This document shows, piece after piece, positions 16,322-25,884 of a stretch of DNA of 32,000 bases. Each line of letters starts with the position of its first letter. The first letter of the stretch is position 1. Under the pieces are notes generated by a model, which saw only the letters and a list, made by a program, of their open reading frames with translations, had not been told where the DNA came from and made no database searches. Made by a program: the position numbers and the translations under genes. The stretch is from assembly GCA_030604855.1 (NCBI GenBank), contig JAUVVC010000004.1, positions 1-32,000 of the forward strand, written 5' to 3'. Origin of the DNA: Erysipelotrichaceae bacterium (GTDB lineage: Bacteria; Bacillota_I; Bacilli_A; Erysipelotrichales; Erysipelotrichaceae).

Positions 16322-17344
16322 ATGAAAGCCTATACCCTTCAATCCAAGATTCAACACCCGATTCTTATCAGTGATGAGAAGATGATCGCTTATCTCGTTG
16401 GCCAACGATTTCATGTTCAAGAAAGGTTCCTTGGCCTTTTGATCAGTCCATCCGATGTCATTCTCTTTTTAAATGAACTTTTTCCCACAAAACTAACCGG
16501 ACTTAAAATCGTACGTTTCAACGATGTGGATGACCCAATCAAAAAATTAGATGATCATATCCACAGTGATTTATTGTATGTTGATAAACATCTTAAATCT
16601 GGATTTCTATTAAAGCTCATGAAATTAAACCCCCTTCTAAAAGTAGAACTCGATGATTTGGCGGATCGTATACGTGCCATCAAAGATCAGAGCGAAATCG
16701 AAACAATGCGCATCGCCAGTCAAATCAACGATGCCGTCATGCATGAAGTTGAAACTTTATTGGTTCCGGGTGTACGTGAGAAAGAAATTGCGGCACAAAT
16801 TGAAGAACGCTTCATTTCAAAAGGGGCGACAAGTGTCAGTTTCCCTCCCATCATCGCATTTGGTAAAAACACCGCAGATCCACATGCGATGCCCAATGAT
16901 CTTGAACTGAAAGAAGGCATGCCCGTCATCATTGATATGGGCTGTCTCTATCAAGGGTATTGTAGCGACATGACCCGTAGCTTCATCATCGGTGAAAACA
17001 AAAAGATGGAAGAAATCTATCAGATCGTCAAGAGGGCCAATCTCGCCGCCATCAAAGCCGTCAAACCAGGTGTCCTCTTAAAAGACATCGACAAAGCTGC
17101 ACGTGACGTGATCCGAGATGCGGGATATGGCGATGCTTTCATCCACCGTACAGGTCACGGCATCGGCCAAGATGTCCATGAGCCCTTCGATGTCAGCTCC
17201 AACAGCGAAGTCGTAGCACAGGTCGGTATGATCTTCTCCATCGAACCCGGTATCTATCTTCCCAGCTTGGGTGGCATCCGTATCGAAGATCTGGTTGTCG
17301 TAACCGAAGATGGTTGTGAAGTTTTAAACCACTATAAGAAGTAG
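16322..17344 (+). CDS. M24-family Xaa-Pro peptidase
   Basis: The start is set at ATG 16322; the track start is a TTG inside the ppiB RBS region. The pita-bread metal ligands appear in 'IIDMGCLYQGYCSDMTR', 'HRTGHGIG', 'FSIEPG' and 'IRIED'. Confidence 0.85.
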   Translation: MKAYTLQSKIQHPILISDEKMIAYLVGQRFHVQERFLGLLISPSDVILFLNELFPTKLTGLKIVRFNDVDDPIKKLDDHIHSDLLYVDKHLKSGFLLKLMKLNPLLKVELDDLADRIRAIKDQSEIETMRIASQINDAVMHEVETLLVPGVREKEIAAQIEERFISKGATSVSFPPIIAFGKNTADPHAMPNDLELKEGMPVIIDMGCLYQGYCSDMTRSFIIGENKKMEEIYQIVKRANLAAIKAVKPGVLLKDIDKAARDVIRDAGYGDAFIHRTGHGIGQDVHEPFDVSSNSEVVAQVGMIFSIEPGIYLPSLGGIRIEDLVVVTEDGCEVLNHYKK

Positions 17345-17400
17345 AAGCTACTTAGAATAGCAATATTGTATCATCCTACTCTAAGCATGCTTTTTGACTT

Positions 17401-17430
17401 AAAAAAACTGAAAGACCATTTTCAGTTTTT
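17401..17430. terminator. Bidirectional terminator (peptidase / lipoprotein)
   Basis: AAAACTGAAA-GACCAT-TTTCAGTTTT hairpin flanked by A7 and T runs. Confidence 0.8.
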
Positions 17431-17486
17431 GCTTTCTAAATCAACCAAATTATCCACTATTCGAATCGTCATAAACAGCCATGAAA

Positions 17487-18050
17487 TCAATAGAATTTAA
17501 TCTTATCTAACATTTCATTGATCTTTTGATTCGTTTGCTCATCAATGCTGGTTTCAATGCGAATACTCTTAATAATCACCCAATTCTCATCAAGAATCTT
17601 AACGACATCCTTTTTGTCATAGAATTCAGGGTCAGGATCTTCCTTGTTTTCTAAAACAAGAATCCTGGGAACCAGTGCATAGCCTTGGATGAACTCTTTA
17701 ATATCCTTTTCTTCATAATGGATCGATACAGATGTACCATTCTTATAAACCACAATCGGCAAATCATAATCGTTGGATACTAAGATTGCTAAAGGCAATA
17801 AACTGTTTACATAAAGTTGTTGACCATCCATATCGATGGGTCTAATCACTTCATTGCTATAAACTTCTTCGATTATTGCATTCATATGCTCCTGAAGGAT
17901 AAGCAATTCATCATTTAATTCTGTAATCCTTAATGACAACTGTTCACTGCTCACTTCGTTAGGATCTTGCACGGAACTCTTTACCGTACAAGCACTTAAG
18001 CTAAAAATAATTAACAATCCAATCAATACACTTCTGACAATTTTATCCAT
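17487..18050 (-). CDS. Lipoprotein, unknown function (187 aa)
   Basis: Signal peptide MDKIVRSVLIGLLIIFSLSAC with lipobox LSAC. A GGGGGA RBS is present. Confidence 0.7.
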   Translation of the reverse strand: MDKIVRSVLIGLLIIFSLSACTVKSSVQDPNEVSSEQLSLRITELNDELLILQEHMNAIIEEVYSNEVIRPIDMDGQQLYVNSLLPLAILVSNDYDLPIVVYKNGTSVSIHYEEKDIKEFIQGYALVPRILVLENKEDPDPEFYDKKDVVKILDENWVIIKSIRIETSIDEQTNQKINEMLDKIKFY

Positions 18051-18244
18051 TGGTCCCCCGTAGAAAGTCTATTTGACGATTTTGGTATTTTTATTATTTT
18101 AACCTAGATTTCATACAGATAATTGTTAAAACGAAACTTTTTCGATTTCATTAGATCTTCGAGATGGTACGATCCAAAGCATTTTTACTACCTCTTTGTA
18201 TTCTCGTAATGATAAAACAAGAAATCCCACCATTCCTCTAAACC

Positions 18245-18272
18245 AAAATAAAACCGAACACTATATTCGGTC
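18245..18272 (-). terminator. Intrinsic terminator after prfB
   Basis: Minus-strand ACCGAA-N8-TTCGGT hairpin followed by TTTATTTT. Confidence 0.6.
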
Positions 18273-18307
18273 TTATCCAAAGCTAAGGAGTCCCTCGCAA
18301 GAAGGAA

Positions 18308-19409
18308 TTACTGAATCATTGACTTGAGATACGCATAAATAAATTCATCGATATTGCCATCCATGACTTTCTGTACATTCCCATCTTCAGCACCTGTACG
18401 ATGATCCTTGACCAAGGTATACGGCATGAAGGTATACGAACGTATCTGTGAACCCCATTCAATGGCTTTCTGCTCACCCTTGATGGACGCAAGTTTCGCT
18501 TCTTGTTTCTCGATTTCAAGTTGATACAGCTTACTCTTCAACATATTCATGGCTGTCTCACGATTGTTCAATTGCGAACGCTCCGTTTGACAGTTCACCA
18601 CGATGCCGGTTGGCTTGTGAATCAAACGAACCGCAGACGATACCTTATTGACGTTCTGACCTCCCGCACCACTCGCATGGCGCGTCTCAAGAACGATATC
18701 ATTCGGATCGATGTTTATTTCAATTTCTTCATTGAATTCCGGCATGACATCCAAGGAACAGAATGAGGTATGCCGTCTGCCTGAAGAATCAAAGGGCGAG
18801 ACACGCACCAAACGATGCACACCCTTCTCAGCCTTTAAGAAGCCAAAGGCCATATCGCCTTCAACTAAGAACGAAACCGACTTGATGCCCGCCTCATCCC
18901 CTTCTTGATAATCCAGAACTTTGACTTTGTAACCCTTATTCTCCGCATAACGGGTATACATGCGATAAAGCATCTCTGCCCAATCCTGTGATTCCGTACC
19001 GCCTGCTCCGGGATGGAGCTCCAAAATCGCATTGCTGTGATCATAGGGGTGGGACAGAAGAATCTTGATTTCGAAGTCTTCGAACTCCGTCTGTGCCTGC
19101 ACAACCTCTTCTTCAATCATCGCCATCATCTCTTCATCAAACTCAGACTTTAACATATCCACGGTCTCATCCATCGAGGCATAACGTTTATCCAACGATT
19201 GATAGGATTCCAGGATGCTTACCAAACCATTCTTCTCATTGATCAAGGTTTGAGCTTTCTTGCGATCATCCCAAAAATGCTCATCCATCATCAAGTGATC
19301 GATTTCTTCAATACGACTCTGTTTACCAGCTAAGTCAAAGAGAGTCGCCAAGTTGCTTCAACTTGGCTTTGATCTCAGTGACCGATTGTTTCATTTCATA
19401 AACTTCCAT
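18308..19409 (-). CDS. prfB: Peptide chain release factor 2, with a programmed +1 frameshift
   Basis: Frame 0 runs from ATG 19409 as [24 protein letters not shown], then CTT TGA C (19340-19334). The +1 frame continues as [11 protein letters not shown].. to 18308, giving 366 aa in total. The product contains the SPF tripeptide and the '[10 protein letters not shown]' GGQ motif. Confidence 0.9.
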
Positions 19410-21751
19410 TATTTTTTCCTCACTTCCACACGCATCCTCAAACAGAAGCCCACGACTTCTTGTGAGATGCGATTCAACATATCTTCAAACAACTCATAGC
19501 CCTCTGCGACATACGCCTGCAAAGGTTTATTTTGTGCATAAGAACGCAAATGAATCCCTTCTCTGAGCTTCGACATCGTATCGATGTGCTCTTGCCAAGA
19601 ACGATCCACAATGGATAGAACGATGTTCTTCTCCAAACCTAGACTGTGTTGTTTGAACGGCTCGATCTTCGCTTCATAGCTGTTCCAAGCCAAGTCCTTC
19701 GCCAATTCAATGACTTCGGATACAGACTTACCTTTCAGACTTGTCTCATCCAAACTGATATCCGTGAACTGCATCGCTGTCAATGCATTCAAGAAACCTT
19801 CGACATTCACTTCTTCTTGGTGATTCTTCACTTCCACATGCGTACGAACCAAGTTTTCAATGACACGACCAAACATTTCTTTGATTAACTCATGCACATC
19901 TTGGTGTTCCAAAATGTAATCACGTTGATTGTAGATGGTCTCACGTTGTTGACGAAGGACATCATCGTACTCCAATAAAGTCTTACGAACATCAAAGTTG
20001 ACACCTTCAACACGCTTTTGCGCACTGGTGATGGACTTTGTGACGATCTTGGATTCCACCGCCTGGTCACCCAATTGGTTAAACAAGGCCGTATAACGCT
20101 CGCTACCGAAACGAACCATCAGTTCATCTTGAACCGAGACATAGAAACGTGAATACCCTGGATCACCTTGACGACCTGAACGTCCACGCAATTGATTATC
20201 GATACGACGCGATTCATGGCGCTCACTGCCTAAAACAGCCAAGCCACCCAATTCACGTACACCTTCACCCAATTTGATATCGGTCCCACGACCCGCCATG
20301 TTGGTAGCGATGGTGATCGAACCCTTTTGACCTGCCTTGGCAATGATTTCCGCTTCACGCGCATGATTCTTGGCATTCAAGACTTCATGACGAATCTTAT
20401 TCTGCGTTAGCATCTTCGAGATGAATTCACTCGTCTCAACCGCAATGGTCCCAACCAAAACCGGTTGACCCAAGGCATGACGCTCTTTGATTTCTTCCAT
20501 CAAAGCCTGGAACTTTGCCTTTTGCGTTCCATAGATCGCATCCGGATAATCCTCACGCACCACAGGACGATTCGTTGGAATTTCCACGACACGCATGTTA
20601 TAGATGGTCATGAACTCTTCTTCTTCGGTCTTAGCCGTACCCGTCATCCCACAGAGTTTAGAATACAAACGGAAGAAATTCTGATAGGTAATGGTTGCCA
20701 TCGTCGAAGTTTCTTGTTTTATCGGCACATTTTCCTTGGCTTCCAAGGCTTGGTGCAGACCATCGGAATATTGACGACCTTTCATCAAACGACCTGTGAA
20801 TTGGTCGACAATGATGATTTCATTGTCTTGAACCACATATTCCACATCATTGGCCATCGTATAGTTGGCTTTCAAAGCTTGGTGCAAGTGATGAACCAAG
20901 TGGGTATGTGTGATGTCATAAAGATTATTGACTTTGAACTGACGTTCCGCTTGATGCACACCCTCTTCCGTCAATTGTACGGTTTTGGACTTCACATCTA
21001 CGATATAGCCTTCTTCTTCAACCAAAGATTTCACGAAACGATCCGCTTGAATGTAGAGTTGAGCTGTTTGCTTCTGTCCACCTGAAATGATCAAAGGTGT
21101 ACGCGATTCATCAATCAAGATGGAATCCACTTCATCCACCAAAGCCATATTCAAAGGACGCAAGACACGTTCATCAATCTTCGTTACCATGTTGTCACGT
21201 AAATAATCAAAGCCTGTTTCCGCATTGGTCGTATACGTGATGTCGCAACGATACGCGGCACGCTTCTGAGCTGGTGTCAGAGCACGGATGTTTAAGCCAA
21301 CACTTAAGCCTAAGAATTCATGGATGGCTCCCATCCACTTCGCATCACGTCCAGCCAAATATTCATTGACCGTAACGATGTGTACACCTTGGCCACCCAA
21401 AGCATTCAAATAAACAGGTAGAACTGAGGTCAAGGTTTTCCCTTCACCAGTCTTCATCTCAGCGATATCGCCTTGATGCAAAACGATCCCCCCCATGATT
21501 TGAACCAAATACGGGAATTCCCCAATGACACGTTTCGCTGCTTCACGCGCGACCGCAAACGCCTCAGGCAATAAGTCATCTAAAGATTCGCCGACACGAA
21601 TCCGTTCTTTAAATTCTTCTGTTTTTTGTTTAAGCTGTGCATCTTCCAATGAAGCCATTTCGTCCTTTAAGGCATCGACCTTTAAAGCGATCTGGCGAAT
21701 CTCTTCTAAACGCTTCTTGTCTCCATTGAATAGTTTTTCTAGAAAATTCAT
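19409..21751 (-). CDS. secA: Preprotein translocase ATPase SecA (780 aa)
   Basis: 'MKTGEGKTL' is Walker A, and 'VDEVDSILIDE', 'TNMAGRGTDI' and 'GRSGRQGDPG' are also present. A GGAGGT RBS is present. The TAA stop shares one base with the prfB ATG (TAATG). Confidence 0.95.
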   Translation of the reverse strand: MNFLEKLFNGDKKRLEEIRQIALKVDALKDEMASLEDAQLKQKTEEFKERIRVGESLDDLLPEAFAVAREAAKRVIGEFPYLVQIMGGIVLHQGDIAEMKTGEGKTLTSVLPVYLNALGGQGVHIVTVNEYLAGRDAKWMGAIHEFLGLSVGLNIRALTPAQKRAAYRCDITYTTNAETGFDYLRDNMVTKIDERVLRPLNMALVDEVDSILIDESRTPLIISGGQKQTAQLYIQADRFVKSLVEEEGYIVDVKSKTVQLTEEGVHQAERQFKVNNLYDITHTHLVHHLHQALKANYTMANDVEYVVQDNEIIIVDQFTGRLMKGRQYSDGLHQALEAKENVPIKQETSTMATITYQNFFRLYSKLCGMTGTAKTEEEEFMTIYNMRVVEIPTNRPVVREDYPDAIYGTQKAKFQALMEEIKERHALGQPVLVGTIAVETSEFISKMLTQNKIRHEVLNAKNHAREAEIIAKAGQKGSITIATNMAGRGTDIKLGEGVRELGGLAVLGSERHESRRIDNQLRGRSGRQGDPGYSRFYVSVQDELMVRFGSERYTALFNQLGDQAVESKIVTKSITSAQKRVEGVNFDVRKTLLEYDDVLRQQRETIYNQRDYILEHQDVHELIKEMFGRVIENLVRTHVEVKNHQEEVNVEGFLNALTAMQFTDISLDETSLKGKSVSEVIELAKDLAWNSYEAKIEPFKQHSLGLEKNIVLSIVDRSWQEHIDTMSKLREGIHLRSYAQNKPLQAYVAEGYELFEDMLNRISQEVVGFCLRMRVEVRKK

Positions 21752-21811
21752 CTAAAAACCTCCATATCCATCGATATTGTATCATATTTGTTAAACTCTA
21801 TTTAGGCAATC

Positions 21812-21837
21812 AAAAAGGTTGGCAAGCCAACCTTTTT
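21812..21837 (-). terminator. Intrinsic terminator after csp
   Basis: AAAAAGGTTGG-CAAG-CCAACCTTTTT perfect hairpin with T-runs on both strands. Confidence 0.85.
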
Positions 21838-21842
21838 GTGTG

Positions 21843-22040
21843 TTAAATTTTTGTGATGTTACGTGCTTGTAAACCGCGATCGGTTTCAACCATTTCGAAC
21901 TCGACGTCTGCGCCTTCTTCGATGGTTTTGAATCCGTCCATCTTCAACTCTGAATAGTGGAAGAATACATCTTTGTCATCTGCTAACTTGATGAATCCAA
22001 ATCCCTTTTCTTTGTTAAACTTCTTAACTTTTCCTTGCAT
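21843..22040 (-). CDS. csp: Cold-shock protein (CspA family)
   Basis: The 65-aa product has RNP1 'KGFGFI' and RNP2-like 'VFFHYS'. Confidence 0.9.
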   Translation of the reverse strand: MQGKVKKFNKEKGFGFIKLADDKDVFFHYSELKMDGFKTIEEGADVEFEMVETDRGLQARNITKI

Positions 22041-22133
22041 TAATAAAATCCTATGCCTTTCCCGTAATGATACTATGCACTACTGGGTTTATAATACCAT
22101 ATCATTTTAAAATTGCAAGCAAAATACTGTTGA

Positions 22134-22814
22134 CTATTTCTTCTTGATTGTCAAAGACCCAGAAAGACGCCATGAAGTATGCAAAGCCAAGACCACAATC
22201 GATACCGAATTCACTTCCGTTTTGAGCAAGTCATGACACGCTTTCAAACTGGAACCCGTCGTACACACATCATCCACCAACAGAATATGGGGATGATGCA
22301 CGATATTCGAATGCTTCAGTTGAATCGAATCCGCAATCAAGCGTCGATCCTGCGCAGACTGCAAGCTCTGTTTAACATCCTTTTTTACAAAGTCATCCTG
22401 CACATCCCAGGGTTTGAACATCTCTTGAACCGCATGGAAGCCGCGTTCCTTTGTCTTCACATCGGAAGAAGGTACGCAGACCTTGTAGCTCTTACGATAC
22501 TTCCAAGCCATCGCATACTGCAAGTCCTTATGAAAAACTTTTACCAAACTTTCATCATAAAGCGCTTTAATGCGATGCATCAGCGTACTCATGCCTTCGT
22601 TGTACCAATAAAGAGCATACACCGACAGTCCATCCACATGAATGGTTTGCCGACAAGGAACAAGTTGACTACGACACGCAGGACACAACACATCTGATGT
22701 TGTAAACAATTCATAAATATCAATACCCTCTACGAGTGACGTGAAACAAGCGATGCATTGGCCTGCCGGATGTCCCTGAGACACGCTTCGATGTTTCTTG
22801 AGCTTTGCGAACAT
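22134..22814 (-). CDS. comFC: ComF-family phosphoribosyltransferase (ComFC)
   Basis: N-terminal CIAC..CPAC zinc finger and the C-terminal PRTase motif 'ILLVDDVCTTGSS'. ATG 22814 is preceded by GGAAGGAGAGGTG, which lies inside comFA. Confidence 0.8.
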   Translation of the reverse strand: MFAKLKKHRSVSQGHPAGQCIACFTSLVEGIDIYELFTTSDVLCPACRSQLVPCRQTIHVDGLSVYALYWYNEGMSTLMHRIKALYDESLVKVFHKDLQYAMAWKYRKSYKVCVPSSDVKTKERGFHAVQEMFKPWDVQDDFVKKDVKQSLQSAQDRRLIADSIQLKHSNIVHHPHILLVDDVCTTGSSLKACHDLLKTEVNSVSIVVLALHTSWRLSGSLTIKKK

Positions 22815-23851
22815 AGAAACAACACCTCTCCTTCCGGATCTGAAAAACTTCTGCCCACACGACCAGCAATTTGAATCAGACTCGCATGGGTGAACACACG
22901 ATGATCCGCATGCATCACACAGACATCAATCCCACTGAAGGTCACCCCTCTTTCCAATACCGTGGTACAGATCAAAAATTGAATCTTCTCGTTCTTGAAG
23001 GAACGGATGTGTTCATCCAAATGCTCATGACCTGCATGCACAAACACCAATTTCAATAGTGTACTGAGTTGATTCCCCAATTGAATGCTGGGTACGAAGA
23101 TCAACGCCTGTTTCTTCCGCTTAGCCAACCAACGTTGTAAGACGATCATCTGAACATAGTGAAGTCCTGTCTTCACCTTAGGAACACTTAAAGGATAGCC
23201 ATGTGGACGCACAAAAAGATTGATTTCCCGCAACTCCCCTTTTTTCACCTTATTACGAAGCTCTAGACTGGGGGTCGCAGTCAAATAGATGATGTTTCCT
23301 TTGCACGCCATATTCGCAAAGCCCTGCAAAGTCTTGTCTTCACTAAACGGGAAGGCGTCGGGTTCATCCAGAATCAACACATCAAAAAACTTTGGATAGC
23401 GAAATAACTGATGGGTTGTACAAATGATCAAGTGTCCATTGATTTCAGAAGTATAGCCCTCACACACCGCCGTCACGCTCAGTTCTGAGAAAATGACGCT
23501 CAAGCGCTCATACAACTGCAACACAACCTGTCTTCGTGCAACCGCGATGCCAACCGTCAGTTTACGATCGAGAACGGATCGAATCGTCTCAATCACCAAT
23601 TCCGTTTTCCCAGCACCACAAATCGCATATACCAAGACATCCCCACACCGACTTGCCTCTTCAACCGCCTTCGAACACACCAACTGATTCTCCGTCAAGG
23701 CATAACTCAATACAGGTTCAACCAAATCCTCCGCAAACACCGCTTCTCCCAAATCACCTTGATAGGTCAAACACTTGCGACATAAACTTCGCGTTTGATT
23801 AACAATGAAATAGCGTTGATCTGTTTCACCACAGCGTGGGCATTGGTCCAT
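22730..23851 (-). CDS. comFA: Competence helicase ComFA (DEAD/DEAH-box)
   Basis: N-terminal CPRCG..CRKC zinc finger, Walker A 'CGAGKTE', the 'LILDEPDAF' box, and 'TTVLERGVT' / 'QIAGRVGR' helicase motifs. Confidence 0.8.
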   Translation of the reverse strand: MDQCPRCGETDQRYFIVNQTRSLCRKCLTYQGDLGEAVFAEDLVEPVLSYALTENQLVCSKAVEEASRCGDVLVYAICGAGKTELVIETIRSVLDRKLTVGIAVARRQVVLQLYERLSVIFSELSVTAVCEGYTSEINGHLIICTTHQLFRYPKFFDVLILDEPDAFPFSEDKTLQGFANMACKGNIIYLTATPSLELRNKVKKGELREINLFVRPHGYPLSVPKVKTGLHYVQMIVLQRWLAKRKKQALIFVPSIQLGNQLSTLLKLVFVHAGHEHLDEHIRSFKNEKIQFLICTTVLERGVTFSGIDVCVMHADHRVFTHASLIQIAGRVGRSFSDPEGEVLFLCSQSSRNIEACLRDIRQANASLVSRHS

Positions 23852-23893
23852 ACCTTGTTATATGTGGTAAAAAGAAATTTCCCTAAACCAATC

Positions 23894-23930
23894 TACTATA
23901 TTGTATTACTATATAGCTAGTGATATAGTA
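23894..23930. promoter_or_regulatory. Repeat operator in the comFA/padR divergent region (likely PadR site)
   Basis: TACTATAT occurs at 23894-23901 and 23907-23914. Its inverted copy ATATAGTA lies at 23923-23930, immediately upstream of padR. Confidence 0.5.
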
Positions 23931-23948
23931 TAGCTGAAGGAGAACACA

Positions 23949-24269
23949 ATGAACCCACAATTTAAAAAAGGTGTCCTTGAACTCTGCGTCCTATCCCTCT
24001 TAAAACAAGGGGATAAATATGGTTACGAACTTACGGAAGCCATATCCAAGCAGATGGCCATAGCTGCAGGAACACTCTATCTTGTCTTGAAACGTTTGAA
24101 TGATGAAGGTTACTTCACAAGCTATCTTGTTGAATCCGAAGCCGGACCTGCTCGAAAGTACTATCGTCTAACAGACAAAGGATCCAAACACCACACTGCC
24201 CTTAAACAAGATTGGTATACATTTATTGAACAAGTCGATGAACTCATCAAGGAGAACCCCCATGACTAA
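23949..24269 (+). CDS. PadR-family transcriptional regulator
   Basis: 'LELCVLSLLKQGDKYGYEL', 'GTLYLVLKRLNDEGY' and 'RKYYRLTDKG' form the PadR winged-helix pattern. A GAAGGAGAA RBS is present. Confidence 0.9.
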   Translation: MNPQFKKGVLELCVLSLLKQGDKYGYELTEAISKQMAIAAGTLYLVLKRLNDEGYFTSYLVESEAGPARKYYRLTDKGSKHHTALKQDWYTFIEQVDELIKENPHD

Positions 24270-25299
24270 AGATACATACATGAAAACCTTACGCGAGCGT
24301 CTGAACCAACTGAACATCGAAGGTAGAGAAGAGATTCTAAACGACTTCGAGACACATTTCACCTTAGGGAAAGCGAATGGACACAGTGATGATGAACTGA
24401 TGGCGTCTCTTGGTTCAATTGAAGAAATCCTGGAATCCTATGAAAATCTCCAGTCTCCAAACAATGAGAAGATCCAAGTTCATGGCCATGATCAAAAGAA
24501 AGAATTCACCCACAAGATCACAACCATCGATATCAGTGCCCGTCATGCGGATACCAAGATCAGCACCTCTTCGGATGGAGGCTTCCATGTGGATCTCTAT
24601 AAAGAAGGTAAACTCCTTGAGCGCTTAAGCCATACTTTGATTGCTTATCAAGAAGAAGCGACTTTCTATGTCAAAGTCCTTCCCCTGTTTCCACATAAAA
24701 CCAGTGGTCAATACGACCTTAAGATTCAAGTCCCAAACGGCTTACCCATACTTCTATTAAACACGAGCAGTGGTAGCGGTACACTTAAGCACATCACAGT
24801 TCAAGAAATTAGAATCAACTCAGCCAGTGGTGATTTTAGACTTATGGACATTATCTCTGAGCGTGTTGACATCGAAGTTGCCTCATCAGACTTTCAACTC
24901 ATTAATGTTCGCGGAGACATGTACATTCGTTCTGCATCCGGTGATTTCAAGATTGAACAATCCAATGGAGAAAATTTCGATTATCAGAGCGCCAGTGGGG
25001 ATTTGAGTCTCAACGGTGATTTTGAGACGATTCACATAAACAACGTAAGTGGGGATGTCGATGCACAACTCAAATTGATCCATCAAATGAACATCTCCAA
25101 CACGAGTGGAGACATACATATCAAGATTGAAAATAAAGATGATCTCCAGATCAGCACAAGCAGTTTGAACGGTGACTGCGAAGTCTATCAAGCCGATAAA
25201 GTATTGCTTAATAAAACGGGACAGGTACAGATCGGTGAACCCAACACCATGATTAAGTTAAAAACTATTTCCGGAGACATCCGCTTAGACTTGGAATAA
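24262..25299 (+). CDS. DUF1700-like N-terminus fused to a DUF4097-type beta-repeat domain (345 aa)
   Basis: The start is set at ATG 24262, with AAGGAG 7 nt upstream, overlapping the padR stop. The N-terminus 'YMKTLRERLNQL..REEILNDFETHF' is DUF1700-like. The C-terminus has reiterated S(A/G)SGD(F/I/L) strands, as in LiaG/YvlB-like proteins. Confidence 0.7.
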   Translation: MTKDTYMKTLRERLNQLNIEGREEILNDFETHFTLGKANGHSDDELMASLGSIEEILESYENLQSPNNEKIQVHGHDQKKEFTHKITTIDISARHADTKISTSSDGGFHVDLYKEGKLLERLSHTLIAYQEEATFYVKVLPLFPHKTSGQYDLKIQVPNGLPILLLNTSSGSGTLKHITVQEIRINSASGDFRLMDIISERVDIEVASSDFQLINVRGDMYIRSASGDFKIEQSNGENFDYQSASGDLSLNGDFETIHINNVSGDVDAQLKLIHQMNISNTSGDIHIKIENKDDLQISTSSLNGDCEVYQADKVLLNKTGQVQIGEPNTMIKLKTISGDIRLDLE

Positions 25300-25312
25300 T
25301 CCAAGTCTTTTT
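25287..25312 (+). terminator. Intrinsic terminator of the padR operon
   Basis: AGACTTGGA-ATAA-TCCAAGTCT hairpin followed by TTTTT. It overlaps the stop codon. Confidence 0.8.
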
Positions 25313-25313
25313 A

Positions 25314-25347
25314 AACAAAAAAATCCTCAGCCTTTCGGCCAAGGCTG
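25314..25347 (-). terminator. Intrinsic terminator of the TCS/HAD operon
   Basis: Minus-strand CAGCCTT-GGCCGA-AAGGCTG hairpin, followed after AGGA by T7. It overlaps the stop codon. Confidence 0.7.
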
Positions 25348-25884
25348 AATGCCTTCCGGTGTAACCAAGAAACTCTCTTGGGCAAGCTTTGCCAAAGGTG
25401 TATCCGATAAAGAATCGGAATAGAAGGAATGCACCTGCGCATCTGGAAACAGTTCCCTAAAACGCTTCACCTTTTCCTCGCCATAACAATTCTCTTGCGA
25501 GACCCCTGTTTTTGGATCCACACGGGAGGCGATCAAGGTAACCTTCAATTGATCACAGATCGGTTTTAACATGAACTCCGGCGATGCCGATATGATCACA
25601 TCAGTAGGATGTTTCTGCAGAAGATAATAATCCATCAATTTATGCTCATGAACTTTCCAGAACTCTTCAACTCGTTGGTCCATGTCCTTGATGTGTTTAA
25701 AGTAACGATAGAAAATCGTCTTCATTCTTGTTTTTGGAATTAGATGCATGCTGTAGGCAATAAAAGCAAGCCCTTGTGAAAACACATGCATCAAAATGAT
25801 GGGATTCTTTTTTAGATTGAACTTATAAAAATCCAACGAACTATCCTCTCGATAGATCGTCTTATCAAAATCATAGACATTCAT
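25327..25884 (-). CDS. HAD-superfamily (subfamily IB-like) hydrolase
   Basis: Motif I 'YDFDKTIY', motif II 'IISAS', a conserved Lys region 'GEEKV' and motif IV 'YSDSLSD'. The ATG shares one base with the kinase stop (TAATG). Confidence 0.75.
   Translation of the reverse strand: MNVYDFDKTIYREDSSLDFYKFNLKKNPIILMHVFSQGLAFIAYSMHLIPKTRMKTIFYRYFKHIKDMDQRVEEFWKVHEHKLMDYYLLQKHPTDVIISASPEFMLKPICDQLKVTLIASRVDPKTGVSQENCYGEEKVKRFRELFPDAQVHSFYSDSLSDTPLAKLAQESFLVTPEGIQPWPKG

Noticed and set aside
20465-21085. Long ORFs lying antisense to strong genes. Examples are 20465..21085 versus secA and 22179..22697 versus comFC. Others are 27921..28445 versus the ABC-like gene, 13460..13900 versus ROK and 15147..15539 versus the AAA ATPase. 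The last group is 3934..4305 versus DUF805 and 31196..31828 versus the helicase.
   Set aside because: Each lies entirely inside a gene with clear family motifs on the other strand. They have no RBS, and their products are low-complexity or His/Arg/Ile-rich, which is typical of antisense frames.
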